The notes: generated by a model not told the origin, from the letters alone. Shown: positions 51,851 through 61,342, numbered from the whole stretch's first letter. The stretch is DNA of 62,635 bases, filler included, from Basidiobolus meristosporus CBS 931.73 (GCA_002104905.1; 4 parts of 4 records of this genome joined end to end with filler, not necessarily neighbours in it); one strand, 5' to 3'. A program made the numbers and translations.

Positions 51851-54699
51851 ATTTAAAACTTAGCCAATTTTACTCCGTTTGAAAATCTAGTACCCTAACT
51901 GCTTTTCCCTACCCAAACATAACAAATCCCAGTTACAGTTTATTTTATCCCACCTCAGAATCAATTTTTAGCTATCACACCTGATCTATTTTCAAACGGT
52001 CATTATGTTATCAACCTATCTGCCAAGCCTTCCCAGGTGATTAGTCATCTGAGATCTATCCAACCACTTTGCAGTTGCCAAGACATCAGTTGATTGATGA
52101 TGTAATTTTCATTTATCTTATGCACCTATGAACACCCAAATTGATTTCAATCAATCCAGTCCCTTGGTGCTTACTAGTTCAACTTGATCAGAAAAGTATA
52201 AATAAAGTTTACTGAACCTTTCGGTCTAGTGTGTATCTCAACAAAATTAAGATTCTGTCTCAGCAAAAATAAGTATCCAACAATTCTGTTCTAGTTTCTA
52301 TCCAAGCCTAGTATATCTAGCACTCCAAAGAACACCAAGCCAGCCTGCCTAGCAAAAAATATCATTGTCTTTATAGTCAACCCAGCTATATCCAAGACCA
52401 ATATTAGATCAGAATCTTTCTGCTAATATTTCCGCCACTCTCTGACAATTCTAAGATTCTGCACTTAATTGTCCCTTTGGTTCAGTTAAACCATTCAAGA
52501 GTTTTATTACACTTTCTCTTGGATACAACATTTTTTTTGTTGAATTCCATTACATTCAGCCAATTAGAAGATGTCCTCAGCAGCAAGCAATCCAAACCTT
52601 TTGATGTTGGAAGAAGCCAGAAGAAATCAGGAAGAACTTACTGAACAGCTTGAAAACATCATGCTTGAAAGAAACACCATGATGCTTGAGCACTCAAAGC
52701 TTGCCAAAACAAGATCTGATAATCACCGCAGAGATGAACTCCTTGAAGTTATATCCGGTTGCCAAGATGAAATTGGAATAATTAAGGAAGCACTGGAGAA
52801 TATTGCCATAGTAATTGACAGCATTGATAATCCGCCAAGCCTTGCTCTGCATCAGCCACCAAGAAGTCATGCCTTTGAATCCTCCAGATCTACATCTCTT
52901 CTAGACCTGCCCCAGTGGTTGTCCCAAGATCCTTGCCTGTTGATGCTGAAGGCACCAATGCCATCAAGGATCCAACTGAGTTTCTTTACAAGTTTAGTCA
53001 CGTCTTAGCTGCACACCAGCTAGACCCTGACACCAACTGGGCTAGACTTCTGCCTCTCTGTCTCACAATGCAAGATGCTGACTGGGTTGAAGTAAATATT
53101 CCTTCCAATAGTACGTGGAAAATTGCCAAACACCTCTTTTGCAGCCATTTTAAGATCCTCTCAAGAAAGCACATCTGAACTGCAACTTATGGAAAACTAA
53201 AATGCAAAAAGGTGAATCTGTGCAACACTTCTGTGATAGATTCCAAAGACAAATGAGATTAGCTGGAGTTAGTGATGATAATCCATTGCTTACTGCTCAT
53301 TTTCTTTCAAACTTTTCACACCAGCTACAGAGCAATATTGCTATTGTCAAAGCATGCAACCCTGCACGTACCTATGACCAGATCTCAGAGATATGTACAC
53401 TGGCAATCACCTTGACTGCAGCTGTTAGCCAGACTTCAGGCAACTCAACCCAAGATCCCACAACAGCCGGAAAAGAGACCAGTCATGTGACCAAGAAGCA
53501 GTCAACTGCTACCAAGCACTGTGAGCTTCATGGAAAATGCTATCATTCTACCAGTGAATGCAAAGGCATCCCCAAGCAGTCAAACAAGTCAGGAAACACC
53601 TCAGAAAAGCAGCAAAACACCAAAACTGATAATCCATATGCTGATGACAAGTGCTTTAAATGTGGAAATATGGGACATAGATCACCTGCCTATCCTAAGA
53701 AGAACTCCACACCATCAGCCAAAATTACCCAGATCCTTGATGATCATTCAGCCAATGATACAATGGGGTATGAAGATGCATATGAAGAACTTACAGTTCA
53801 GATTATCACAACCTCTTTGAGTTTCTGGCTAAAATTGCAACTGTTCAAGAAAAGAAGCAACCAATCACACAGCTCAAAGCCATAGAAATGCCACTCACCC
53901 TCAATGGCCAATCATACATAGCACTATTGGATACTGGATCATCCAACTCTATTGTATCACCCAATGTAGTCAGAGAACTCAATTTGGAGATAGAAAAACA
54001 ACCAGGAAAAATCATTCTTGCAGCTAAGGATCTCTCAGCCCCAAGAATTGGCATTACCAACCCAATCAACATACATTGTGGCTCAGTAACCATAATCCAT
54101 CAGATGGAAGTTATTGACATACCAGATGGACCTCAGGTAGTCATTGGTCTGGACACCTTCACCAAACTTGGCTTTCACATAGGCGGACTACCTGTTTCCT
54201 ATCCTAGGAATCACTAAATCTCAGCCGCTCATAATGGATCAAATCCCAGAGATTATCTCATCCCAACTGGAAGAAGAAGAGTTAACCCCAACTTTTCAAG
54301 AATATTCTCAATCAGTCAAATTGGATATTCAGCTGGCCATAGAGAGAAATCAGGCCATTCCAAGGAACAGCTTCTGCACCATCCCAGAATCCATTGTTAC
54401 ACTAGAGACCCCACCTGGTGAGTCAACATGGAGGAGGCAATTACCCAATTCCTGCATTCATGTCAACACTTAGTTGATGAGATAGTCCAAAAATGGGCTG
54501 AACAATGGAATTATCACTCAAGCCCCTGTCAACACAACATTCAACAGCCCTTTGACGCTTGCACCAAAGAAAGATGCTGATGGAAATCTAACCCTGAAGC
54601 AGACCCTGTTTGGACCCCAGACCTCTGAACAAGCTTCTCCAAGATGACAAGTTTCCAATTCCAAGAATCCAAGATATCTTTCGCACTATGAGAGTAGTG
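51851..54699 (+). mobile_element. Ty3/gypsy element, partial: LTR remnant to ~52530, frameshifted gag, protease, start of RT; truncated at ~54699
   Basis: gag with knuckles CELHGKCYHSTSEC and CFKCGNMGHRSPAY; protease ALLDTGSS; RT start ...FNSPLTLAPKKD...LQDDKFPIPRIQDIFRTMR. Confidence 0.88.
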
Positions 54700-55224
54700 T
54701 AGGGGGGAGACAGTCACCAACAGGTGAAATCTTTATTTACTTATGACAAGTATCTAAAGAAGCCAAGTTAATCGAAGTAACTCCTAGAAAGCTAGGCCTG
54801 AGAGATATCTTCCTGGTAAGCCAGGTCTGAGAGTTGAGAAGCTGAGTGGTACTATATTTCCTAGTTAGCTAGGTCTGAGAGAGGTTTCCTGGAAAGCCAG
54901 GCCTGAGAAGTGAGAATCTGAATATATCTGAGCTAAGTTATACTGGTTTGCGGTAGCTAGATTGTGGCCGGAAAGGCCAGTAGACTGGGGGAACTGAGAT
55001 GAATTTCTGGGCAATCACTGGCCAAATTTACTAGGCAAATCTGGCCATTAGCATTTCAAGGATTTCAGCCAATCAGAGCCTTTACTTTGCCCGATGGTTG
55101 ATCAAGCCATCTCCCAATGAGCACACATCACTTTATTAATCAAATCTTTGCTGGATCCAGGATTTGAACCCACAACCATGGGTATGGAAGGGTTAGGGAT
55201 AACCACAAGGCTAAGTGTTCTTGG
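54700..55224 (-). mobile_element. putative tRNA-derived SINE sharing the family-B non-LTR 3' tail
   Basis: Minus strand 5' end: A-box-like TAGCCTTGTGGT (55213-55202), B-box GGTTCAAATCC (55170-55160); non-coding hairpin-rich body; tail AATAAAGATTTCACCTGTTGGTGACTGTCTCCCCCCTA identical to that at 58760. Confidence 0.7.
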
Positions 55225-56040
55225 TTAGGGGAGGGAAAGTCACCAAAGTAGGTGAAATCTTTATTTGATTTCAGACAAGTCTAACTACAAATAAAGAAGC
55301 CAGCTGGGAATAGAAGATTCCCAAAGTAAACACTAAGTTGAATATGAATAAATCTAAGCTAAAGTTAAGGCAGTATCCCAGAGTACACTGGAGTTCAGGT
55401 TCATGGGGGAGTGAAGTAGATAAGCTTGAGAGATATAATAATCTTTGAGGAAGTGGGTAACAGCAGGTGAAGGGGAGTTTTTGATAAGTGAAGTGAATCT
55501 TGAGAGCAGAGATTCCTCTAATGAGAAGGTCTTGTAAACTGGAGAATCAGGAAACTCTTTAAAGGCATGGTCAGTAGGTTCCCAGTAAAACTGGTCAGAG
55601 ACATTTTGAGAGAACTCTTTAGCAATACTTTTGTCAAGTACTACCTCCAGAGGTGTGATTGTTGATAGATCTCATGTTAACAATCTTGGATAAATTGTAA
55701 CCTTGTTGCTTGAGATACATCCTATGCTCAGATATAGGAATGAACTCCACATTGGCAAAGTAGCAGACAGCCCAGTCAGTAGCAGGAGGCAAATCAGAAG
55801 TAGCAGGAAACTTTCTTTTAGTCTTGGGAGGAGCAGCAGGATGTCTTGAGGAAGCAGGAACAGGCTTTTTGACAGCTTCAGAGTAGGAAGAGTGAGCAGG
55901 AGCAGATGATTCTTGAGGAGTCTTGTTGACAGGAACAGCTGGCAGAGAGACAGTAGATTCTTGCAGATCAGAGAAGGCAGAAAACAGCTTTTGAACTTGT
56001 TTCTTGAGTAAAGCATTTTCAGCTTCAACAAGTGCAAGCC
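55225..56040 (-). mobile_element. ORF1-like-only module, copy 1 (contains a frameshift), with family-A 3' tail
   Basis: ~815-bp direct repeat of 57946-58759; indel near 55652 (AGAGGTGTG vs AGAGTGTG). Confidence 0.8.
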
Positions 56041-56129
56041 TTAGGGGGGAGGGAAAGTCACCAAGTTGGTGAAATCTTTATTTGAGTTAAGAATAATCTA
56101 AGTACAAATAAAGAAGCCAATTCAGAGGT

Positions 56130-57941
56130 CTAGAACCTCTCTAATAAGTAATCTAATTTATGTTTTGTTTCTTCTCTAATGTTTGTTTCAATAAAGTAAA
56201 GCTCATCAGGGGTAAATATAAAATTCAGGGGTTTTGGGGGAAGTACAAATTGTAGATGTTTCTGATCAATATAATCCAAGACTGGAACCCAGCCTGGGAT
56301 TAGGTGTAGTAGGAAAGGTGTGTGGACTTGTAAGTAGCTCTGCCACATAGATCTTAGATGGTCCTGAGCCAGTAGTCTTGGTTTCTGAGCTTTTTGAAGT
56401 TTTGAAGCAAGCTCTGTTACTACAGCAGAGCCAACCAGGGTGTGCCAGCAAGAAGATTTCAGGGAGGAGTTAGATTGAAGCCATTGTTTGATGGAGGGGT
56501 TATGTGATTTCTGAAGTTTGACTAGGAAGGAAGCACGGAGATAGATCATTCGGATTTGGTATGGGTAGAACCCAAAGGCTCCATTAGTTGCATGGATATA
56601 GGGAGATACTGGAAGATAAGGTACCAAGGATCTGATACACTGATGGAGAAATTTATCCAGGCGGTGAAGTTCTCTGGAGGTTAGGGGTATAATGTGGAGA
56701 CCAAATTCAAGTACTGGCAGCACATACTGCTTCAGAAGTATAGGGATCTTTTGAATTGGAGTGTCTGGAGTGACTACTACCAGAAGCTTTTTGAGAGCCT
56801 GTTGGGCAAGACGGATCCTATTATTCAGGTGGAGCTTGGAGTCAATCCCATGTTGACAAAACGGCAGACCTAGATATATTGCAGTTTGTTGTGGCAGAAT
56901 GCTAGTGTTCTGTATAGTTGTAGTGCATCCAATTGGGACTGTCTTGGAAATTGAGAGTGAGAGGTTGTTGGCAGCCAAGTACTTCTCAATGATGGCAGTG
57001 TCTGCTATGGGATTAGGAGTAGCAATCTTGATATCATCCGCATAGAGAGTTAGTAGTGGATAGGGAGAGTCTGGTGAGGGGCCTTTTGGAAATAAAGGAA
57101 AGTCATGTAGGAATATCACAAATAGTAAGGGACCTAGTACAGATCCTTGGACTACTCCATTTGGAACCTCATAAGTCTCTGATGTACAACTTGGATGCAA
57201 AATTTTGGCTGAGTTCTCACAAAATAGAGAACGTACAAGAAGGGTCATTGGTAGTGTGGTAACTGCTAATAGCTTTCTCCAAAGCAGAGCTCTGTCCACA
57301 GAGTCAAAGGCTTTAGTAATGTCAAACAGAATGGTTGGCAATGAGAATTGAAGTGAATGATCATGGCTTAGCACTACAGCCATATCCAAGGAGAGTTTGG
57401 GCAAGAAGCCAAACTGAGAAGGATGGAATGGATATAGTTGAGATTGCAAGGATCTTGCTATTATAAGCTCAAAGATTTTCCGGCAGGTTGGTAGGAGTGA
57501 AACTGGCCGGTAAGAACCTGGGAGTGAGTGTTTCCCCTTCCCTTTGTATAAGGGTATTACATTTGCCTGTGACCAGGCCTTTGGGGTAGTCAATTGTTGG
57601 GCACAGATAGAGTAGAATGGGAGAAGTAAGTGACTCATTTTGGAGTAGCACACCCGGAGTAGATTGTAGGTAATCAAGTCATGTCCAGGTGCAGTATTTG
57701 CAGGAAGCTTCTTTAAAATTTTCTCCAGAAGCTTTGCTGAAACCAAAATTGGAGATGTTGTACTGCTAGATATGTCACCAGTATGGTAGAAAGGAGGAGT
57801 GGGATGCACGGTTGAATCAAAGAATATAGGGGCCAGTTTGTCTGGTGATGGTATACTCCTTGCTTGGGGTCTCATGGCTTTGTATACTCTTGATATGGAC
57901 CTTGTGGTGGCATTCATATTTACTAAGGGCAAGGTATCCAT
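56130..57941 (-). CDS. intact non-LTR (LINE-type) reverse transcriptase, 603 aa, no APE, RLE or RNase H domain visible (module 56041-57945)
   Basis: Domain motifs APGHD, YRPVSLL, QFGF, DITKAFDSV, GVVQGSVLGPLLF, YADDI, YLG; ATG 4 nt from the module's 5' junction; C-terminus lacks CCHC/PD-(D/E)xK. Confidence 0.92.
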   Translation of the reverse strand: MDTLPLVNMNATTRSISRVYKAMRPQARSIPSPDKLAPIFFDSTVHPTPPFYHTGDISSSTTSPILVSAKLLEKILKKLPANTAPGHDLITYNLLRVCYSKMSHLLLPFYSICAQQLTTPKAWSQANVIPLYKGKGKHSLPGSYRPVSLLPTCRKIFELIIARSLQSQLYPFHPSQFGFLPKLSLDMAVVLSHDHSLQFSLPTILFDITKAFDSVDRALLWRKLLAVTTLPMTLLVRSLFCENSAKILHPSCTSETYEVPNGVVQGSVLGPLLFVIFLHDFPLFPKGPSPDSPYPLLTLYADDIKIATPNPIADTAIIEKYLAANNLSLSISKTVPIGCTTTIQNTSILPQQTAIYLGLPFCQHGIDSKLHLNNRIRLAQQALKKLLVVVTPDTPIQKIPILLKQYVLPVLEFGLHIIPLTSRELHRLDKFLHQCIRSLVPYLPVSPYIHATNGAFGFYPYQIRMIYLRASFLVKLQKSHNPSIKQWLQSNSSLKSSCWHTLVGSAVVTELASKLQKAQKPRLLAQDHLRSMWQSYLQVHTPFLLHLIPGWVPVLDYIDQKHLQFVLPPKPLNFIFTPDELYFIETNIREETKHKLDYLLERF

Positions 57942-57945
57942 GATA

Positions 57946-58759
57946 TAGGGGAGGGAAAGTCACCAAAGTAGGTGAAATCTTTATTTGATTTCAGACAAGT
58001 CTAACTACAAATAAAGAAGCCAGCTGGGAATAGAAGATTCCCAAAGTAAACACTAAGTTGAATATGAATAAATCTAAGCTAAAGTTAAGGCAGTATCCCA
58101 GAGTACACTGGAGTTCAGGTTCATGGGGGAGTGAAGTAGATAAGCTTGAGAGACATAATAATCTTTGAGGAAGTGGGTAACAGCAGGTGAAGGGGAGTTT
58201 TTGATAAGTGAAGTGAATCTTGAGAGCAGAGATTCCTCTAATGAGAAGGTCTTGTAAACTGGAGAATCAGGAAACTCTTTAAAGGCATGGTCAGTAGGTT
58301 CCCAGTAAAACTGGTCAGAGACATTTTGAGAGAACTCTTTAGCAATACTTTTGTCAAGTACTACTTCCAGAGTGTGATGGTTGATAAATCTCATGTTGAC
58401 AATCTTGGATAAGTTGTAACCTTGTTGCTTGAGATACATCCTATGCTCAGATATAGGAATAAACTCCACATTGGCAAAGTAACAGACAGCCCAGTCAGTA
58501 GCAGGAGGCAAATCAGAAGTGGCAGGAAACTTTCTTTTGGTCTTGGGAGGAGCAGCAGGATGTCTTGAGGAAGCAGGAACAGACTTTTTGACAACTTCAG
58601 AGTAGGAAGAGTGAGCAGGAGCAGATGATTCTTGGGGAGTCTTGTTGACAGGAAGAGTTGGCACAGGGACAATAGATTCTTGCAGATCAGAGAGGGCAGA
58701 AAAGAGCTTTTGAACTTGTTTCTTGAGTAGAGCATTTTCAGCTTCAACAAGTGCAAGCC
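57946..58759 (-). mobile_element. ORF1-like-only module, copy 2, open frame from the 5' junction to stop at 58074
   Basis: Frame reads RLALVEAENALLKKQVQKLFSALSDLQES (coiled-coil-like)...SYSEVVKK...DWAVCYFANVEF...; stop followed ~85 nt later by the conserved tail. ORF1 identity is an inference. Confidence 0.75.
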
Positions 58760-58946
58760 TTAGGGGGGGAGACAGTCACCAACAGGTGAAATCTTTATTT
58801 CAGTTGAAACAAAGAAGCCAGCGCTACTGTTGTAGCTTTGATACAAGAGTGTGTAGCTGAGGGGAATTTGTAGGTAAGTTAATAAGAAGTGATGATAGTT
58901 CTTCAGTGCTCAAGACACTGTTCAGTGGGAAGGGGGGTAGCAAGAG
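58760..58946 (-). mobile_element. 3' end of a second family-B RT element, continuing into assembly gap
   Basis: Near-identical to 50995-51182. Confidence 0.88.
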
Positions 58947-59046
58947 NNNNNNNNNNNNNNNNNNNNNNNNNNNNNNNNNNNNNNNNNNNNTTAATTAATT
59001 AANNNNNNNNNNNNNNNNNNNNNNNNNNNNNNNNNNNNNNNNNNNN
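58947..59046. other. assembly gap
   Basis: N run with TTAATTAATTAA. Confidence 0.99.
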
Positions 59047-59855
59047 AAGCATGCAGACAGCATAGGAAGTATTACAAGGATCATGGCCAGCGTTTTGCCA
59101 TCCAAGTCATATTTTACCATTCATTGGTCACTACTGTACCAACATTGTCTTGCCGGTGTGGTAGGGTAAACATAACTTCCACAGACAAGTTTATTCATAT
59201 AGTCATTATGATATACTTATCCATATTTTATCTTATCAGTATTATCCCATTCTTCTTTTGCCCGTATTATCAGTATTATCCCCATATGATGTTTACCCTG
59301 ATTAGTTATTAGCATTAGTTATCCCAGATGTTATTCAGCTTTGTGATCAGTATATGTATCTACATAAGGCAAGTACCCGCATCAGTACCCATGACACATG
59401 ACCTAGGTCTGTCTTACCATCCCTACCATTTCAATACCATATATAGTATTTCTATGTTGCACAGGTTTCAGACTACTGATTCCTGATTGGTTGAATGTGC
59501 TGTGCCTTTTAGAACCTTCTAGCACATTCTTGGCATATTTTTAGCTTATAGTGATGTCATCAAGAATTCCACTGATACCTAGAATCTTTAGAACCTTGTC
59601 ATTAGTAATCACTTGGCAATCAGGAATAGTATTTAAGGGAAAGCAATCCCTCATCAATAAATCATCCCTTCTATCAGTAACACTTCTACCTTATTGATTA
59701 GCAGTTGATCACTGCACCTGCCTTCAACAGTACATCTCAGACCTGCCATCAAGGAGTTTTTCAAGGTAGTGCACAAGACACACAGAGGCCTTTGGAGACA
59801 CTTGGAGCACCTAGGAAACTAGAGAAGCAGGAGCTTTTACCAAAGTGACATATTA
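59047..59855 (+). repeat. older partial LTR related to the 61343-62413 LTR
   Basis: Shared blocks CAAGTACCCGC..AGTACCC.TGACACATGA, CAGGTTTCAGA.TACTGATTCCTGATTGGTTG, AATAAATCAT. Confidence 0.75.
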
Positions 59856-60400
59856 GACTTGTTTTGTTGGATAGTGCCACATAGTGCCAGCCTGTTTATA
59901 GTGCCAGATCAATCTGGCACCCTACGGCGCTATCTGGCACTATAATTTCTACCATGATGCCAGTGGTATGATACATTTACTGGTAATTTTACTCAATCTT
60001 ACTTATGTTGCTCAGAATAGTGCTTTCCTTGCTTTATTTACTCTTCATAATGCTCCAGACACACTTCTCTCAATGGATGTCTTCTTGTATGAACATACTG
60101 TGCATTAATAAGTATCTTAACTATTTTACCTATTCTGCTGTTTTCTCCTATATATGACTTTCCTCTGTATTTACCTGCCAATATGCTGAATCTCTTCAGA
60201 TATCCAAATGTGTGCTCTACCCTTACTCTGAAATGATTAAATATCTCATTGTAGAGCTTCTGCTTCCTGCTAAGCACACCATTCCTTGGCTTCCTATAAG
60301 CTGTAATACATCCTAATCTCTGACAATCCTCTCCTATATAGGCCAAGTCTGCCATACATTTCTCCCCTCTACTGAATTCAGGATGATTCTCTACCCAGAG
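59856..60400 (-). mobile_element. PIF/Harbinger (ISL2EU-like) DNA transposon 3' end; DDE_Tnp_4 C-terminus 60038-60400
   Basis: ADLAYIG...AYRKP...QKLYN...RVRVEHTFGYLKRFSIL; putative end TTA|GACTTGTTTTG and clustered ATAGTGCCAGAT subterminal repeats. Confidence 0.8.
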
Positions 60401-61342
60401 TGTTATGAATAGACACAAGGCAGGAGGAAAAGCTAGGCACGGCAGGAAAGGACTTAGGTGTGGACCATCAAGGCAAGGCAGGATTCAAGGCAAGGCTGTT
60501 TATTCAAGACCTGTGTTTATCAGACTGAGGAATACTTAAGGGGGGATAGGACTATATATACTTTTTGGCTATACTGATGCCAAGAGATATTAGCTAATAC
60601 TAATGGGGTTGTGGGGTGAGGCACAGCAATGGTGCTGGGGATAATGACATAGATGACACGGCACTGAGACAGGATGGGGAAATGGATTGGGTCACCTGAT
60701 CATGTGACTAAGTCATGTGACCTGGTATTTCCATATATGGTACTGGACTATGAAAAATACGTTGGAAAGCTTCCATGGAATGCTCCATTGTGTAACAATG
60801 GTTTGGAATGGTCAGGAACTTTCTGGAAGGTGGTAGAAGGTTCCAGAAGGAATCTCTTAGAAATTGAGCTAGGAAGCCAAAACTTGGCATGGGTGTTCAT
60901 GGCTGTCATGTGATCATGACACTATTCTCCTCTTCCAGGCAAAGCTCTGTTTCCCTTTGGGGCAGGTTTTGCAGGATATTGTTGGTGGAACTGGGTAACT
61001 AGTTCTTGACAATTAGTGAGATGTGTAGCTGGTTCCCATGTTTGGTCACTTGGGCCATAACCAATCCAGTCTACTAAGTAGTACAGCTTTGACCGGATAT
61101 ACTTGGAGTCTAGAATCTGTTTAACTTCAAATTCTTGATGTTGGTCAACCTGGATAGCTTGGGGCTTTGCTTCTTGCCGGTTTGGCAAGGTGTTCCTACA
61201 ATACGGCTCCAGGAGGGACACATGGAAAGTATCATGGATTTTCATACTTGCTGGTAACTGTAGCTGATATACTATAGGGCTAAGCTTCTTCTTGATCTTG
61301 AAAGGACCAAGTTTCTTGAAATCCAATTTGTCACAAGGGCGG
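60401..61342 (-). mobile_element. chromovirus (Ty3/gypsy) 3' end: integrase tail + chromodomain, PPT, 3' LTR 60921-60401
   Basis: KLDFKKLGPF..IHDTFHVSLLEPY, chromodomain FEVKQILDSK..YYLVDWIGYGPSDQTWEP; PPT GGAAGAGGAGAATAG; LTR TGTCATGA...TCATAACA. Confidence 0.93.

Noticed and set aside
54783-54910. Hairpin repeats as a CRISPR array
   Set aside because: Eukaryotic context, spacers only ~8-27 nt and partly duplicated, no cas genes; reported instead as a structured-RNA repeat.
56180-56215. CTGATGAG...GAAAC on the minus strand, resembling a hammerhead ribozyme core (as in Terminons)
   Set aside because: No stem II can form, it encodes PDELYFIET in the RT frame, and it is absent from RT-B and the other modules.
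56130-57941. RT-A as telomerase (TERT), rvt gene or Penelope RT
   Set aside because: Motifs APGHD, YRPVSLL, KAFDSV, QGSVLGP and YADD are LINE-like; no T motif, rvt N-terminal extension or GIY-YIG domain seen.
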